A DNA stretch of 64,000 nt from an uncultured Planctomycetota bacterium. Lineage in GTDB: Bacteria > Planctomycetota > Planctomycetia > Gemmatales > Gemmataceae. Below, one piece after another: positions 40,981 to 49,290 of this stretch. The position numbers and the translations under genes are program-made. The notes under the pieces were generated by a model that saw only the letters and a list, made by a program, of their open reading frames with translations, ran no database searches and was not told the DNA's origin. Where the stretch lies: the NCBI GenBank assembly GCA_963849325.1, contig CAWKHF010000004.1, positions 448,001-512,000 on the forward strand. The letters run 5' to 3'. The first letter of the stretch is position 1. Every line of letters begins with the position of its first letter.

Positions 40981-42699
40981 ATGTACAAGGCTCTGCGTTG
41001 TCTCCTGATTCTCACCGTGCTGCTCCTGGCGTACCTGGCCGTCCTGGTGCTTTACCAGGTGCCCTACGCCTGGCTTCTGGCCGCCGGCATCGGCGTCGTA
41101 CTGCTGTACCGGAAGACCTACCGCTACACCGCCTATGGCACCGCCCGCTGGGCGGACGCCACCGACATCTCGCACCTGCTCGAAGGCAACGGCCTGATCC
41201 TCGGCCACATCCAGGGCAAGCCGGACAAATCGCGCGGCACCCTGGCGCTGTTCGACCGGAACCTTCCGGCGCGGGCCGCCTGCCAGAAGTTCCTGATGGC
41301 GTTCCAGCGGAAGCCGCCCAAGTTCCTGGTCCGGCTGACCAAGGCCGTTCACACCGCGATCTTCGCGCCGACGGGCGTGGGCAAGGGCGTATCGTGCGTC
41401 ATCCCGTTCCTGAAGACGTGCCCCGACAGTTGCGTGGTCGTGGACTTTAAGGGCGAGAACTACCTGGAAACGGCCGCGGATCGTCGGCGGATAGGGCACA
41501 AAGTCGTCCTTCTCGATCCGTACCGGATCGTCACTCACGAGCCGGACACTTTCAACCCGCTTCAGTTTATCGACCGGGAATCGCCTACCGCCATTGACGA
41601 GTGCCGCGACCTGGCCGAGGCGCTCGTGGTCCGGACGGGTCAGGAGAAGGACCCGCACTGGAACGACTCGGCGGAGGTTTGGATTTCGGCCATGACGGCG
41701 GGTGTTGTGGCCTTCGCCTACGACGCCGACAAGTCGCTGCAATCGGTTCGGAGAGTGCTCACCGATCCGCAGCGGATGGAAGCGGTCATCAAGCTGTTGT
41801 GCGAATCGGACGTATGGGACGGGATGCTCGCCCGCCTCGGCGGCCAGCTGACGAATTTCAAGGACAAGGAGCTGTCCTCGACGCTCACGACCACGAACCG
41901 CTTTATGCGGTTTTTGGACACCATCGCGGTCGCGGAGAGCACCAGGCAGAGCAGCTTTAACCCGGCCGACCTGCTCACCGGCAAGATGACCGTGTACCTG
42001 GTCCTGCCGCCCGAACACATGCGGGCACAGTCGCCGCTCTTGCGGCTGTGGATCGGCTCTCTCCTCCGCGCCGTGGTCCAGGGCGGCTTGCAGGAGAAGA
42101 CCAAGGTGCATTTCGTCCTCGACGAGGCGGCCTCCCTCGGCCACATGGAGGCCCTCGACGACGCGGTGGACAAGTTCCGCGGCTACGGGGTGCGGCTCCA
42201 GCTTTACTACCAGTCCATCGGGCAGCTCCAGAAGTGCTGGCCGGATGGGGGCGCCACGACCCTGCTTTCCAACACCACGCAAGTGTTCTTCGGCGTCAAC
42301 GACCCGCAGACCGCGGGGTACGTTTCGTCCCGGCTCGGCGAGGAGACGATCATCGTGGAGAGCGGAGGGACCAGTTCGAGCACCACCCGGCAAGCCTCCC
42401 AGCAGGGAAGCGGCAACACCAGCCATTCCACCAGCACCAACGAAAACTGGCAGCAGATCGGCCGGAAGCTGCTCAAGCCGGAAGAGGTCGAAGCGCTTGA
42501 TCCGCGGGTGGCGATCACGTTCGCTCCCGGCACGCCGCCCATCTGGACCTGGCTGGTCCGGTACTACGAACACGATTTCGGCCGGCCGCAGGGCTTGGGG
42601 CCGGTGAAGGCCGCCTTTGACGCGGCGTGCCTGTTCCTGGCGGCCGGCCTGCTCTCCGTCTGGTGGACGGCGGCGCTGTTCTACCACACCTTCCAGTGA
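40981..42699 (+). CDS. virD4: VirD4/TraG type IV coupling protein
   Basis: Two N-terminal TM segments, YGTARWA, APTGVGKG, VDFKGEN, FVLDEAASLG, QSIGQL. Confidence 0.93.
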   Translation: MYKALRCLLILTVLLLAYLAVLVLYQVPYAWLLAAGIGVVLLYRKTYRYTAYGTARWADATDISHLLEGNGLILGHIQGKPDKSRGTLALFDRNLPARAACQKFLMAFQRKPPKFLVRLTKAVHTAIFAPTGVGKGVSCVIPFLKTCPDSCVVVDFKGENYLETAADRRRIGHKVVLLDPYRIVTHEPDTFNPLQFIDRESPTAIDECRDLAEALVVRTGQEKDPHWNDSAEVWISAMTAGVVAFAYDADKSLQSVRRVLTDPQRMEAVIKLLCESDVWDGMLARLGGQLTNFKDKELSSTLTTTNRFMRFLDTIAVAESTRQSSFNPADLLTGKMTVYLVLPPEHMRAQSPLLRLWIGSLLRAVVQGGLQEKTKVHFVLDEAASLGHMEALDDAVDKFRGYGVRLQLYYQSIGQLQKCWPDGGATTLLSNTTQVFFGVNDPQTAGYVSSRLGEETIIVESGGTSSSTTRQASQQGSGNTSHSTSTNENWQQIGRKLLKPEEVEALDPRVAITFAPGTPPIWTWLVRYYEHDFGRPQGLGPVKAAFDAACLFLAAGLLSVWWTAALFYHTFQ

Positions 42700-42874
42700 A
42701 AGGGGTGCCCAATGTCAGCACGGCGGAAGTGGCAAAGTGTCAAGGTGGCAAGGATAGAGCGCTATCAAGAGCCGCGCCCGATGGTCAGGCTCGCGCGCGC
42801 GGCGCACAATCGACAACCCTGATCATGAGCTTACGATTGAGTCAGTGAGGGAAAACCAGACTGTGAGGCGAACG

Positions 42875-43162
42875 ATGTCCAAGCAAACGAAAGAGTTTTT
42901 CGAGCAGCTCCGGGCCGGCCAACAGCCGACCCTGCTGGAGTCCATCCGGGAGGCCGCGGGCGCCCTCAAGGAAGCGGGGGGACAGCTCTGGGACGGTATG
43001 AGGCCCATGTTCGACCACGGCCGCACGGAGGCCGCCGCTGCCCTGTTCGCCGGGCACGCCCATGTCATGTACATGAAGGGGCCGGAGGGCAACGAGCAGG
43101 GGCAGGATCTGGTCAGGGACGAGCCGCACAAGCAGCAGGAGATCAGCGGCCGCGAAATGTAG
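42875..43162 (+). CDS. Hypothetical protein
   Basis: GAGG RBS; MSKQTKEFFEQLR...SGREM. Confidence 0.65.
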   Translation: MSKQTKEFFEQLRAGQQPTLLESIREAAGALKEAGGQLWDGMRPMFDHGRTEAAAALFAGHAHVMYMKGPEGNEQGQDLVRDEPHKQQEISGREM

Positions 43163-43222
43163 TCGCGGCAGCAACTTTCAACCACAACGTCACCTTTTTT
43201 CCCTTTTTTCAAGGAGTTCCTC

Positions 43223-43393
43223 ATGAACCTGTTCGCCGAAGCGTCCGAGAGCAACCCCCTGGCGGTCCTCATTGTCCTGTTCCTCATGATGATGGGCATC
43301 CGGCAGTGGGGCATCTGGCTCAAAGGCAACACCGTCGTCCGTAGCGCGGCCAAGAAGGGTGTCCTCAGCATCCTGGGCCGCATGTTCAAGTGA
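43223..43393 (+). CDS. 56-aa membrane peptide (below the ORF-track cutoff)
   Basis: AAGGAG RBS; MNLFAEASESNPLAVLIVLFLMMMGIRQWGIWLKGNTVVRSAAKKGVLSILGRMFK. Confidence 0.7.
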   Translation: MNLFAEASESNPLAVLIVLFLMMMGIRQWGIWLKGNTVVRSAAKKGVLSILGRMFK

Positions 43394-43403
43394 GGAGGCC
43401 GCC

Positions 43404-43571
43404 ATGCTGTTCGCCGCTACCCTTGGCGAGCATTGCTTCAACCTGATGCTCGCCCTGTTCCTGCTCTTGGCCTTCGCGTTCAAGATCCTCACCGCCATCG
43501 ATGATGACGGCGCGATCAAGAAGACGGCCAACGAGGGCATCGCCGCGTGGATCACACGTTGGCTGAAGTAA
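43404..43571 (+). CDS. 55-aa membrane peptide with similar architecture to the preceding one
   Basis: GAGGAGG RBS; MLFAATLGEHCFNLMLALFLLLAFAFKIL...EGIAAWITRWLK. Confidence 0.7.
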   Translation: MLFAATLGEHCFNLMLALFLLLAFAFKILTAIDDDGAIKKTANEGIAAWITRWLK

Positions 43572-43773
43572 CCCACCAGCGCGGGGTGCGCCCAGCCCCG
43601 CCTCTTCGTTCCGGAGCGGTGAGATGGCGTGGCTCCTGTTCCTTGTCCTGTACGGTGCGCCGCGGAGCGGGGTAGTGGATGACGTGGCGGATGCTGCGAA
43701 GTAGTGTGTGATCCGCTTCTTGATCCACTGGCTGAAGTAGCCGAGGCGTGTCTCGTTTTTCAGGGGGTGCGGC

Positions 43774-44034
43774 ATGACCGTTGAGGAAAGGCTGGAGCGC
43801 ATGGAGGCCATGCTCGCCGCCCTGGTCGAGCGGCAGACCGCGCCGGAGTGGTATACCACGGAGCAAATCGCCCAACTCGTCGGCAGGGCCGAGTTCACCG
43901 TCCGGGAATGGTGCCGGCGCAGGCGCATCCAGGCACAGAAGAAGGACAGCGGTCGCGGTGCCCATGCCTCGTGGGTCATCTCCCATACCGAGTTGCTGCG
44001 TTACCAGCGCGAAGGTTTGTTGCGTAGTCGCTGA
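43774..44034 (+). CDS. Excisionase-like HTH protein (candidate recombination directionality factor)
   Basis: WYTTEQIAQLVGRAEFTVREWCRRRRI..WVISHTEL. Confidence 0.8.
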   Translation: MTVEERLERMEAMLAALVERQTAPEWYTTEQIAQLVGRAEFTVREWCRRRRIQAQKKDSGRGAHASWVISHTELLRYQREGLLRSR

Positions 44035-44136
44035 TCCGCAACGCCACGCGCGACCTGATCTTCCCCTCTGGTGGGGAGCCGTGGAGCGTGCGCGCTCATC
44101 GAGGATTTCTTGCCCTGGTAGCGGTGGTTTCCCGTC

Positions 44137-44361
44137 ATGTCTCGAAGCAATCGAAAGAAGGATTGTCAAGTCGCGGAGGATGCTCGACCGGGCATCGTTC
44201 CGGCCGAGACACCGGATTGGATCACACCGGAATTGATCGCAGCGACGATTCGCGTCTGGCAACCGTACTACCCAGCTACTCTCACGCCCGAAGAAGCCGT
44301 TACAATGATCTTGAACGTGGGTCGCTTATTGGACGTGCTATCTTCGGGGGCATCGCCATGA
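44137..44361 (+). CDS. Small hypothetical protein coupled to the recombinase
   Basis: PDWITPELIAATIRVWQPYY; ATGA overlap with the recombinase start. Confidence 0.65.
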   Translation: MSRSNRKKDCQVAEDARPGIVPAETPDWITPELIAATIRVWQPYYPATLTPEEAVTMILNVGRLLDVLSSGASP

Positions 44362-45896
44362 AACAGTTCGTCGCGTTGGCACGGGTGAGCAGTCGGGAAC
44401 AGGAACGCGAGGGCTTCTCGCTCGAAGTACAGGAAGAAGCGCTCCAACGCTACGCCACGCAGGCCGGTGGCGAAATCGTCAAGCTCTTCAAGATTGCCGA
44501 GACGGCCAGCAAGGCCGATGAACGCAAAACCTTCCGCGAGTTGATCGCCTACGCCAAGAAGAATGCACCCTTCCTCGATGGCCTGCTCTTCTACAAGGTA
44601 GACCGGGCCGCTCGCAATCTCTTCGATTACGTCGAGCTGGAACGGCTGGAATCGGAATACGACCTGCCGTTCATCTCCATTTCGCAACCGACCGAGAACA
44701 CGCCCGCCGGCCGCATGATGCGGCGGACGCTGGCTAACATGGCCAGCTTCTACACCGAACAGCAATCGGTCGATGTCCGCGAAGGGCTGGCTCGTCGCGT
44801 GCAAGAAGGCTGGTTCGTCGGCCCCGCTCCCTACGGCTACCGCAACGTCCGCAAGGATGGTCGCGGCATCATCGAGATCAACCCGGAAGCCGCTGCCAAC
44901 GTCCAACGCATCTTCCATCTCTACGCCTACGAGAACGTAACGCTCGATGGCTTGGTGGCGCGGGTCAATACCGAGGGCCGCGTCTTCCGTCCCTCGCAAC
45001 CCCGGTTCCCGCGCAGCATGGTCTACACCATCCTGAAGGACCGAGCCTATATCGGTGAAATCCTCCACAAAGGCCAATGGTATCCGGGCAAGCAGCAACC
45101 GCTGATCGACCGGGCGACCTGGGACCGCGTGCAGGCGTTGCTGGGCGGGCATATCTATCAGTCGCACACGCTGACCTATGCCAGCGGCCTGATTCAATGC
45201 GGTCATTGCGGGCATCCGGTTACCGGCGAGAAGGTCAAGAAGAAGACGAAGACGAGCGAGCGGTTCTACACCTACTACCGTTGCACCGGCTACACCAAGC
45301 CGGGGCATCCGCGTATCCGGGTTACGGAAGCCGATCTCGACCAGCAAGTGCTGGCCGTCTTCGACAAGATGCGTGTGGAAGACGAAGGGGTGCGTGACTG
45401 GTTCCGGCTGGTGCTGGCCTCGCAGACGCGCAATGCGCAAGCCCAATCGCTGGCTCAACGCGGCGAGCTTCAGCGTCAAGAGACGTTGTTGGTGCAGCAG
45501 CAGGATCGCCTGCTCAACCTGCGGTTGTCGGAGGACATCGATCAGGAGACGTTCGCCCGCAAACATACGGAGTTGCGGGATCGATTGGCTGCACTCAAGC
45601 TGCGACTGGAGACCGTGGATCGCTGCCACGACGAAACGGCCGAGTTAGCGGCAAAAGTGTTTGAACTTTCGCAAACCTTGCGTCAGCAATGGCTTACGGC
45701 CGATTATGCCGCCAAGCGTCGCATCCTGGAAATCGTGTTTTTGAACTGCTGTCTCGATGACATAACTCTTGTCCCCACCATGAGAAAGCCCTTCGACGTT
45801 CTCGCCGAAGGGCCGCTTTTGGAAAAAAGCGGAGAGGACGGGATTCGAGTTGAGGGCGAACGCAAGTTCTTACCGGAGGAGGTGGTGCGACAGTAA
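44358..45896 (+). CDS. Large serine recombinase (integrase)
   Basis: ARVSS catalytic motif, KVDRAAR, APYGY, CGHCG/YYRC zinc ribbon, coiled coil. Confidence 0.95.
   Translation: MKQFVALARVSSREQEREGFSLEVQEEALQRYATQAGGEIVKLFKIAETASKADERKTFRELIAYAKKNAPFLDGLLFYKVDRAARNLFDYVELERLESEYDLPFISISQPTENTPAGRMMRRTLANMASFYTEQQSVDVREGLARRVQEGWFVGPAPYGYRNVRKDGRGIIEINPEAAANVQRIFHLYAYENVTLDGLVARVNTEGRVFRPSQPRFPRSMVYTILKDRAYIGEILHKGQWYPGKQQPLIDRATWDRVQALLGGHIYQSHTLTYASGLIQCGHCGHPVTGEKVKKKTKTSERFYTYYRCTGYTKPGHPRIRVTEADLDQQVLAVFDKMRVEDEGVRDWFRLVLASQTRNAQAQSLAQRGELQRQETLLVQQQDRLLNLRLSEDIDQETFARKHTELRDRLAALKLRLETVDRCHDETAELAAKVFELSQTLRQQWLTADYAAKRRILEIVFLNCCLDDITLVPTMRKPFDVLAEGPLLEKSGEDGIRVEGERKFLPEEVVRQ
45830..45848 (-). 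other. tRNA-Ser-like 3' fragment at the right attachment junction
   Basis: Minus strand TCGAATCCCGTCCTCTCCG = T-loop, T-stem 3' strand, CCTCTCC acceptor strand and discriminator G; no 5' tRNA half is adjacent. Confidence 0.7.
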
Positions 45897-46546
45897 GTCG
45901 CCGTCTGGGCAGCGTTTGCGATTGGTCAACAGCGCTCACCGACGTTCGCGGACTCTCAGGAATGGTCAACGGGATTGGCCCACTGGGCCAATCCAGGCCG
46001 ACGACTTGGCACCTCCATCTTGGCCAACTGTTTCCGCCCGTCCCCGCCCCGTGCCCTTGCGGCCCTGCTCAACCATCCGCAGTTGCCCAACGCCCTGCAC
46101 CATGAAACCGCCGCGGCCGCGCCGCCTGCGGCACCGATCCGTACGACCGTGCGTGCTGCCTGCCAACACCTCGGCCATGCCTGCGGGGCTGCCTGGCAGC
46201 GGGTCCGGAGTGCCGGCGCAGCCGGGCTGGGGCGGGCCGTCCAGCACAGCCCTTTCCTGGCGGCAGCCGCCAAGCGACTCTGTCGTTGCCGGCGTGGCCT
46301 GCGGTGGGCGTGCGGCGTGGGTCTGGCCACGGCTGGGATCATCGGCTAGGCAGGACCGTGGCTGGGCTTAACCGTCGGCTTCCTGGCCGGCCTTCTGCTC
46401 ACGCTGGCGGTGCAGGATCGGCACCACCTGCGCCCGTGGTTCTCTACCGGGGGCGCCGGCGATTGAGCCGGCCACGCTGTCCGGTTCCCTGGGCCTTGCC
46501 CCCGGTTCTCCGGCACCTGCCCTTTCGCCCTTTTTTGGAAAGTGGC

Positions 46547-46650
46547 GGCACGTTTGTAACGTGCCGTACAATCCAACACGTTGAAAACGTGTTGCCACAT
46601 TTTGTTAGTGCCTCTTATCCAGTACGAAATCCAGTACAACAGTACAACCC
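46547..46650. promoter_or_regulatory. Twin palindromes CACGTT-N3-AACGTG plus CAGTAC direct repeats
   Basis: GGCACGTTTGTAACGTGCC at 46547-46565; AACACGTTGAAAACGTGTT at 46575-46593. Confidence 0.45.
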
Positions 46651-46750
46651 GCAGCAAGGCAGAGAAAAGCTCTTCTCATCAAGGTCCAACCACCTCCCAA
46701 ACTTAACGCTGACTCTCCCAGATATTACCGTCCATCGGCTCGGGAATCTT

Positions 46751-47759
46751 TCACCACGGTCGAGGGCCACAAAGTCGAACATTGAGGAATCGATTCACCA
46801 TCTGGAATCCGAACGAGGCCGCCAGGGCGACCGCAAGGGCGCTGAGGCCCAGACCGGCGACGTGGAAAACGGTTTGCCGGAAGGTCAGCGAGGAATCGCG
46901 GGATGGGGGCGTCAGGTCGGGTAGGGTCCGGTCGTCGCCCAGCTGGGACAGTAGCTTGCGGGCCGGTTCCTTGGCTGTGGCGGGTGGCGCCAGCTCCGCG
47001 GCCGGGTGGGGAGCGGGATCCTTCGGCGCCGGTTGCGTCGATTTCGTGCCGCTTTCTTTCTGCGGTTCGCTGGGCGCCTTTCGCGGCTCCGAGGTGGTTT
47101 CGGCGGGGCGGTGACCTTCCTTCGGACGATCCGTCAGGGCGACCGGAGTCGTTCGCGCTTGGGCGGCGCACCAGACCGAGCGGGCGATCTCCAGCGTGTC
47201 CACTTCCAGGACCAGGCACAAGAGCGTCGCAATGGCCAGCAGCGTGCCGGCCATCCGCCGTTTGTACCACCCGGAAGCACGGTCCATGATGCTGTCAAAC
47301 CAGACGCCCAGCCGCTGGCGCACGCGGCTCCATGTCGTGTCCGGAGCAGCGGCCAATCGTCTCCAGGGCGACCTTGAAGTCGGAGTCCGACAGCTGCTGC
47401 ACGATGCGTGCATAATCGTTGAAGGTGATCGGCTCGCCGCCCTCCCACTCCGGCGGCTTGATCAGCCGTAACACCGTCTCGGTGAACGCCCAGGCCGGCA
47501 GGTACGATGGGCCGCGCGCGTGGTCGTCGGGCGGCGTCAGGGTGTGGATCAGCGGTGCCTCGAAGAACTGCTCCAGCAGGCTGCGGTTCTGGCTGTCGTA
47601 GGCGCCCGTCAACACCTCGCGCAGGGCCGAAGCCAGCACCCTGGACCGCCAGCAGCGCCACGCCGCCACCCACTCGCCCGCCGCCGAGCAGACCGCCGCC
47701 AGGCCGCCGTACACCGCTAGCAGCGTCAGCACCACCTCCAACAACGGTGAGCCGAACAT
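46751..47759 (-). pseudogene. Membrane protein at the end of the eCIS operon; one frameshift near 47335
   Basis: MFGSPLLEVVLTLLAVY..GPSYLP; WFDSIMDRASGWYKRR plus TM segment; AVALAASFGF. Confidence 0.65.
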
Positions 47760-47774
47760 GGTCCTTCCCTCCAT

Positions 47775-49277
47775 TTACTCCGCCGCCTGGGACGTCGGTT
47801 GGGTTGCAGGTTTGGATTCAGGTTTGGCGATACGTCCATCCGGTGGTTTGGCGTCGCGATCAAAGATCCGGCGCAGGTCAAACCAGCCGTCGTGGTCCAC
47901 CAGCAGAAGCGGCGCATACGCGGGCGGAGGATTGTGCGGATGAAGGGACACTACGACCCGCGCGCCGTCCTTCGACGTGGTTGGCCAGATCACGTCGCGC
48001 GTGGACGTTCGCGCCGGAATCATCCAGTAATCGCCGCGGCGAAAGAGGCGTGGTATCCGGTTGTTCTGGTCCTTGCCGACCGGAGTGTTGTCGAACCGCA
48101 CCTGGACGCCATCGCCCAGATCGATCCATTTATTATCGCCGAGCGTTACCCATTTGGGTTTATGCTGCCATCGCCGCAAGAGCGGGTGCTTGGGCGCCGT
48201 CGGCAAGGTCATGCTGCTACCTTGCGTGTCCAGAACAATTGTCCCCTCGTGCAGGTCCACGTCCTTGACGCGGAGAAACGGCCGGGCCGGGATCGGTTTA
48301 GGCTCGGTCATGCGCAGCGCGTAGGCGTCATCGACAAATTCCACCCAGTCGTTGCGGTGGAGGGTGGGACGTGGACCGCCTGCCGAGCCGAGGAGGTGGA
48401 GCGTAAGGATGCTCTGCGAACCGATGTTCGTGTTGTCGGGTATGACGACGGGAAAGATGGCCGAGGCGTTGTCGGGCGCCCACTTGAAGGCAAATTGATT
48501 CCGGTCAGGCTCGACAGCATGGATCTCGACCCGGAACAACTGATTGTCCGCGCCGCGATAGCCAAACTCCGCATCCGAGGCGCAGAGATCCTGTTGGTCG
48601 GTCTGCTCGTTCCGCTGTCTCACCTGAGCGGCCATCCGTCCGGGGTACTTGCGACGCCGATTGTGATCCAGCAGCACCTTCTCGAACGCTTCGAACTCCT
48701 TGACCGTTAGCGCCTGGGTTGCATCCTTGACGGTGGCAATGAAAGGGTCGATGGGATTATCGAGTTGGAGGAGCTTGACTTGCCAGACCACACGGGTGCG
48801 GGTGGTCGTGTCGAGGTGGCCCAAGGCGGGGTCCTGAACCAGCGGGTCGAAGGCGACGCCGGCTGTCGCGGCGTCGCCGGCTTCGTAGCCCGACAGCTCG
48901 CGGAGCCAGACCTCGGCATACACCAGATACGGCGGCTTGCCCACGGGCGGCACGGGAAAATCGGGCTGGGTACCGTAGTCGGGCTGAGCACTGTAGTTCG
49001 TCAGCCGCTCGTTCTCACAAAGCAGGCCGTCCACGCAATAGTGGCCGGGGGAGATTTGCAGATCGTCCGGCTTGTCCATGGGCTGGATCTGAAATTCCCT
49101 GGCACTGGGTCCCCAGTGGGGGCCACGCAAGTCGCGGGCCAGTTGCCTCAGCCGGTACAGCTGGATCGCCGCCTGCTCGTTGAAGTCGGCGTCGAGCAGC
49201 ACGCGGCCTTGCTGCAGCACCACCTGGAGATAGTGGTTGCGGCGGTGGAAGCTATCGCGTGACAGGTCGGCGGACAT
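47775..49277 (-). CDS. DUF6519-type eCIS-associated protein
   Basis: MSADLSRDSF..VVLQQGRVLLDADFNEQ, GYRGADNQLFRVEIH, GDYWMIPART. Confidence 0.85.
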   Translation of the reverse strand: MSADLSRDSFHRRNHYLQVVLQQGRVLLDADFNEQAAIQLYRLRQLARDLRGPHWGPSAREFQIQPMDKPDDLQISPGHYCVDGLLCENERLTNYSAQPDYGTQPDFPVPPVGKPPYLVYAEVWLRELSGYEAGDAATAGVAFDPLVQDPALGHLDTTTRTRVVWQVKLLQLDNPIDPFIATVKDATQALTVKEFEAFEKVLLDHNRRRKYPGRMAAQVRQRNEQTDQQDLCASDAEFGYRGADNQLFRVEIHAVEPDRNQFAFKWAPDNASAIFPVVIPDNTNIGSQSILTLHLLGSAGGPRPTLHRNDWVEFVDDAYALRMTEPKPIPARPFLRVKDVDLHEGTIVLDTQGSSMTLPTAPKHPLLRRWQHKPKWVTLGDNKWIDLGDGVQVRFDNTPVGKDQNNRIPRLFRRGDYWMIPARTSTRDVIWPTTSKDGARVVVSLHPHNPPPAYAPLLLVDHDGWFDLRRIFDRDAKPPDGRIAKPESKPATQPTSQAAE

Positions 49278-49290
49278 CGCAAGCTCCATG

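Larger units (their letters stand above)
7968..45848. mobile_element. Integrative mobilisable element (~37.9 kb), large-serine-recombinase type, MOBF relaxase plus VirD4, no recognisable VirB genes
   Basis: TCGA at 7968-7971 and 45845-45848; backbone genes for recombination, replication, partition and transfer; empty-site reconstruction restores a host stop codon. Confidence 0.8.

Noticed and set aside
44088-44357. Longer recombinase N-terminus from the ORF track
   Set aside because: The catalytic domain starts at MKQFVALARVSS and the upstream region holds a coupled small ORF
7968-45848. Self-transmissible ICE or prophage
   Set aside because: No recognisable VirB4 or other mating-pair genes; no capsid or terminase
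45790-45930. Complete tRNA gene
   Set aside because: Only the 3' 19 nt match; no D arm, anticodon arm or 5' acceptor strand
45850-46657. Short ORFs right of the element
   Set aside because: Low-complexity translations on both strands with no motif; cannot choose a real one
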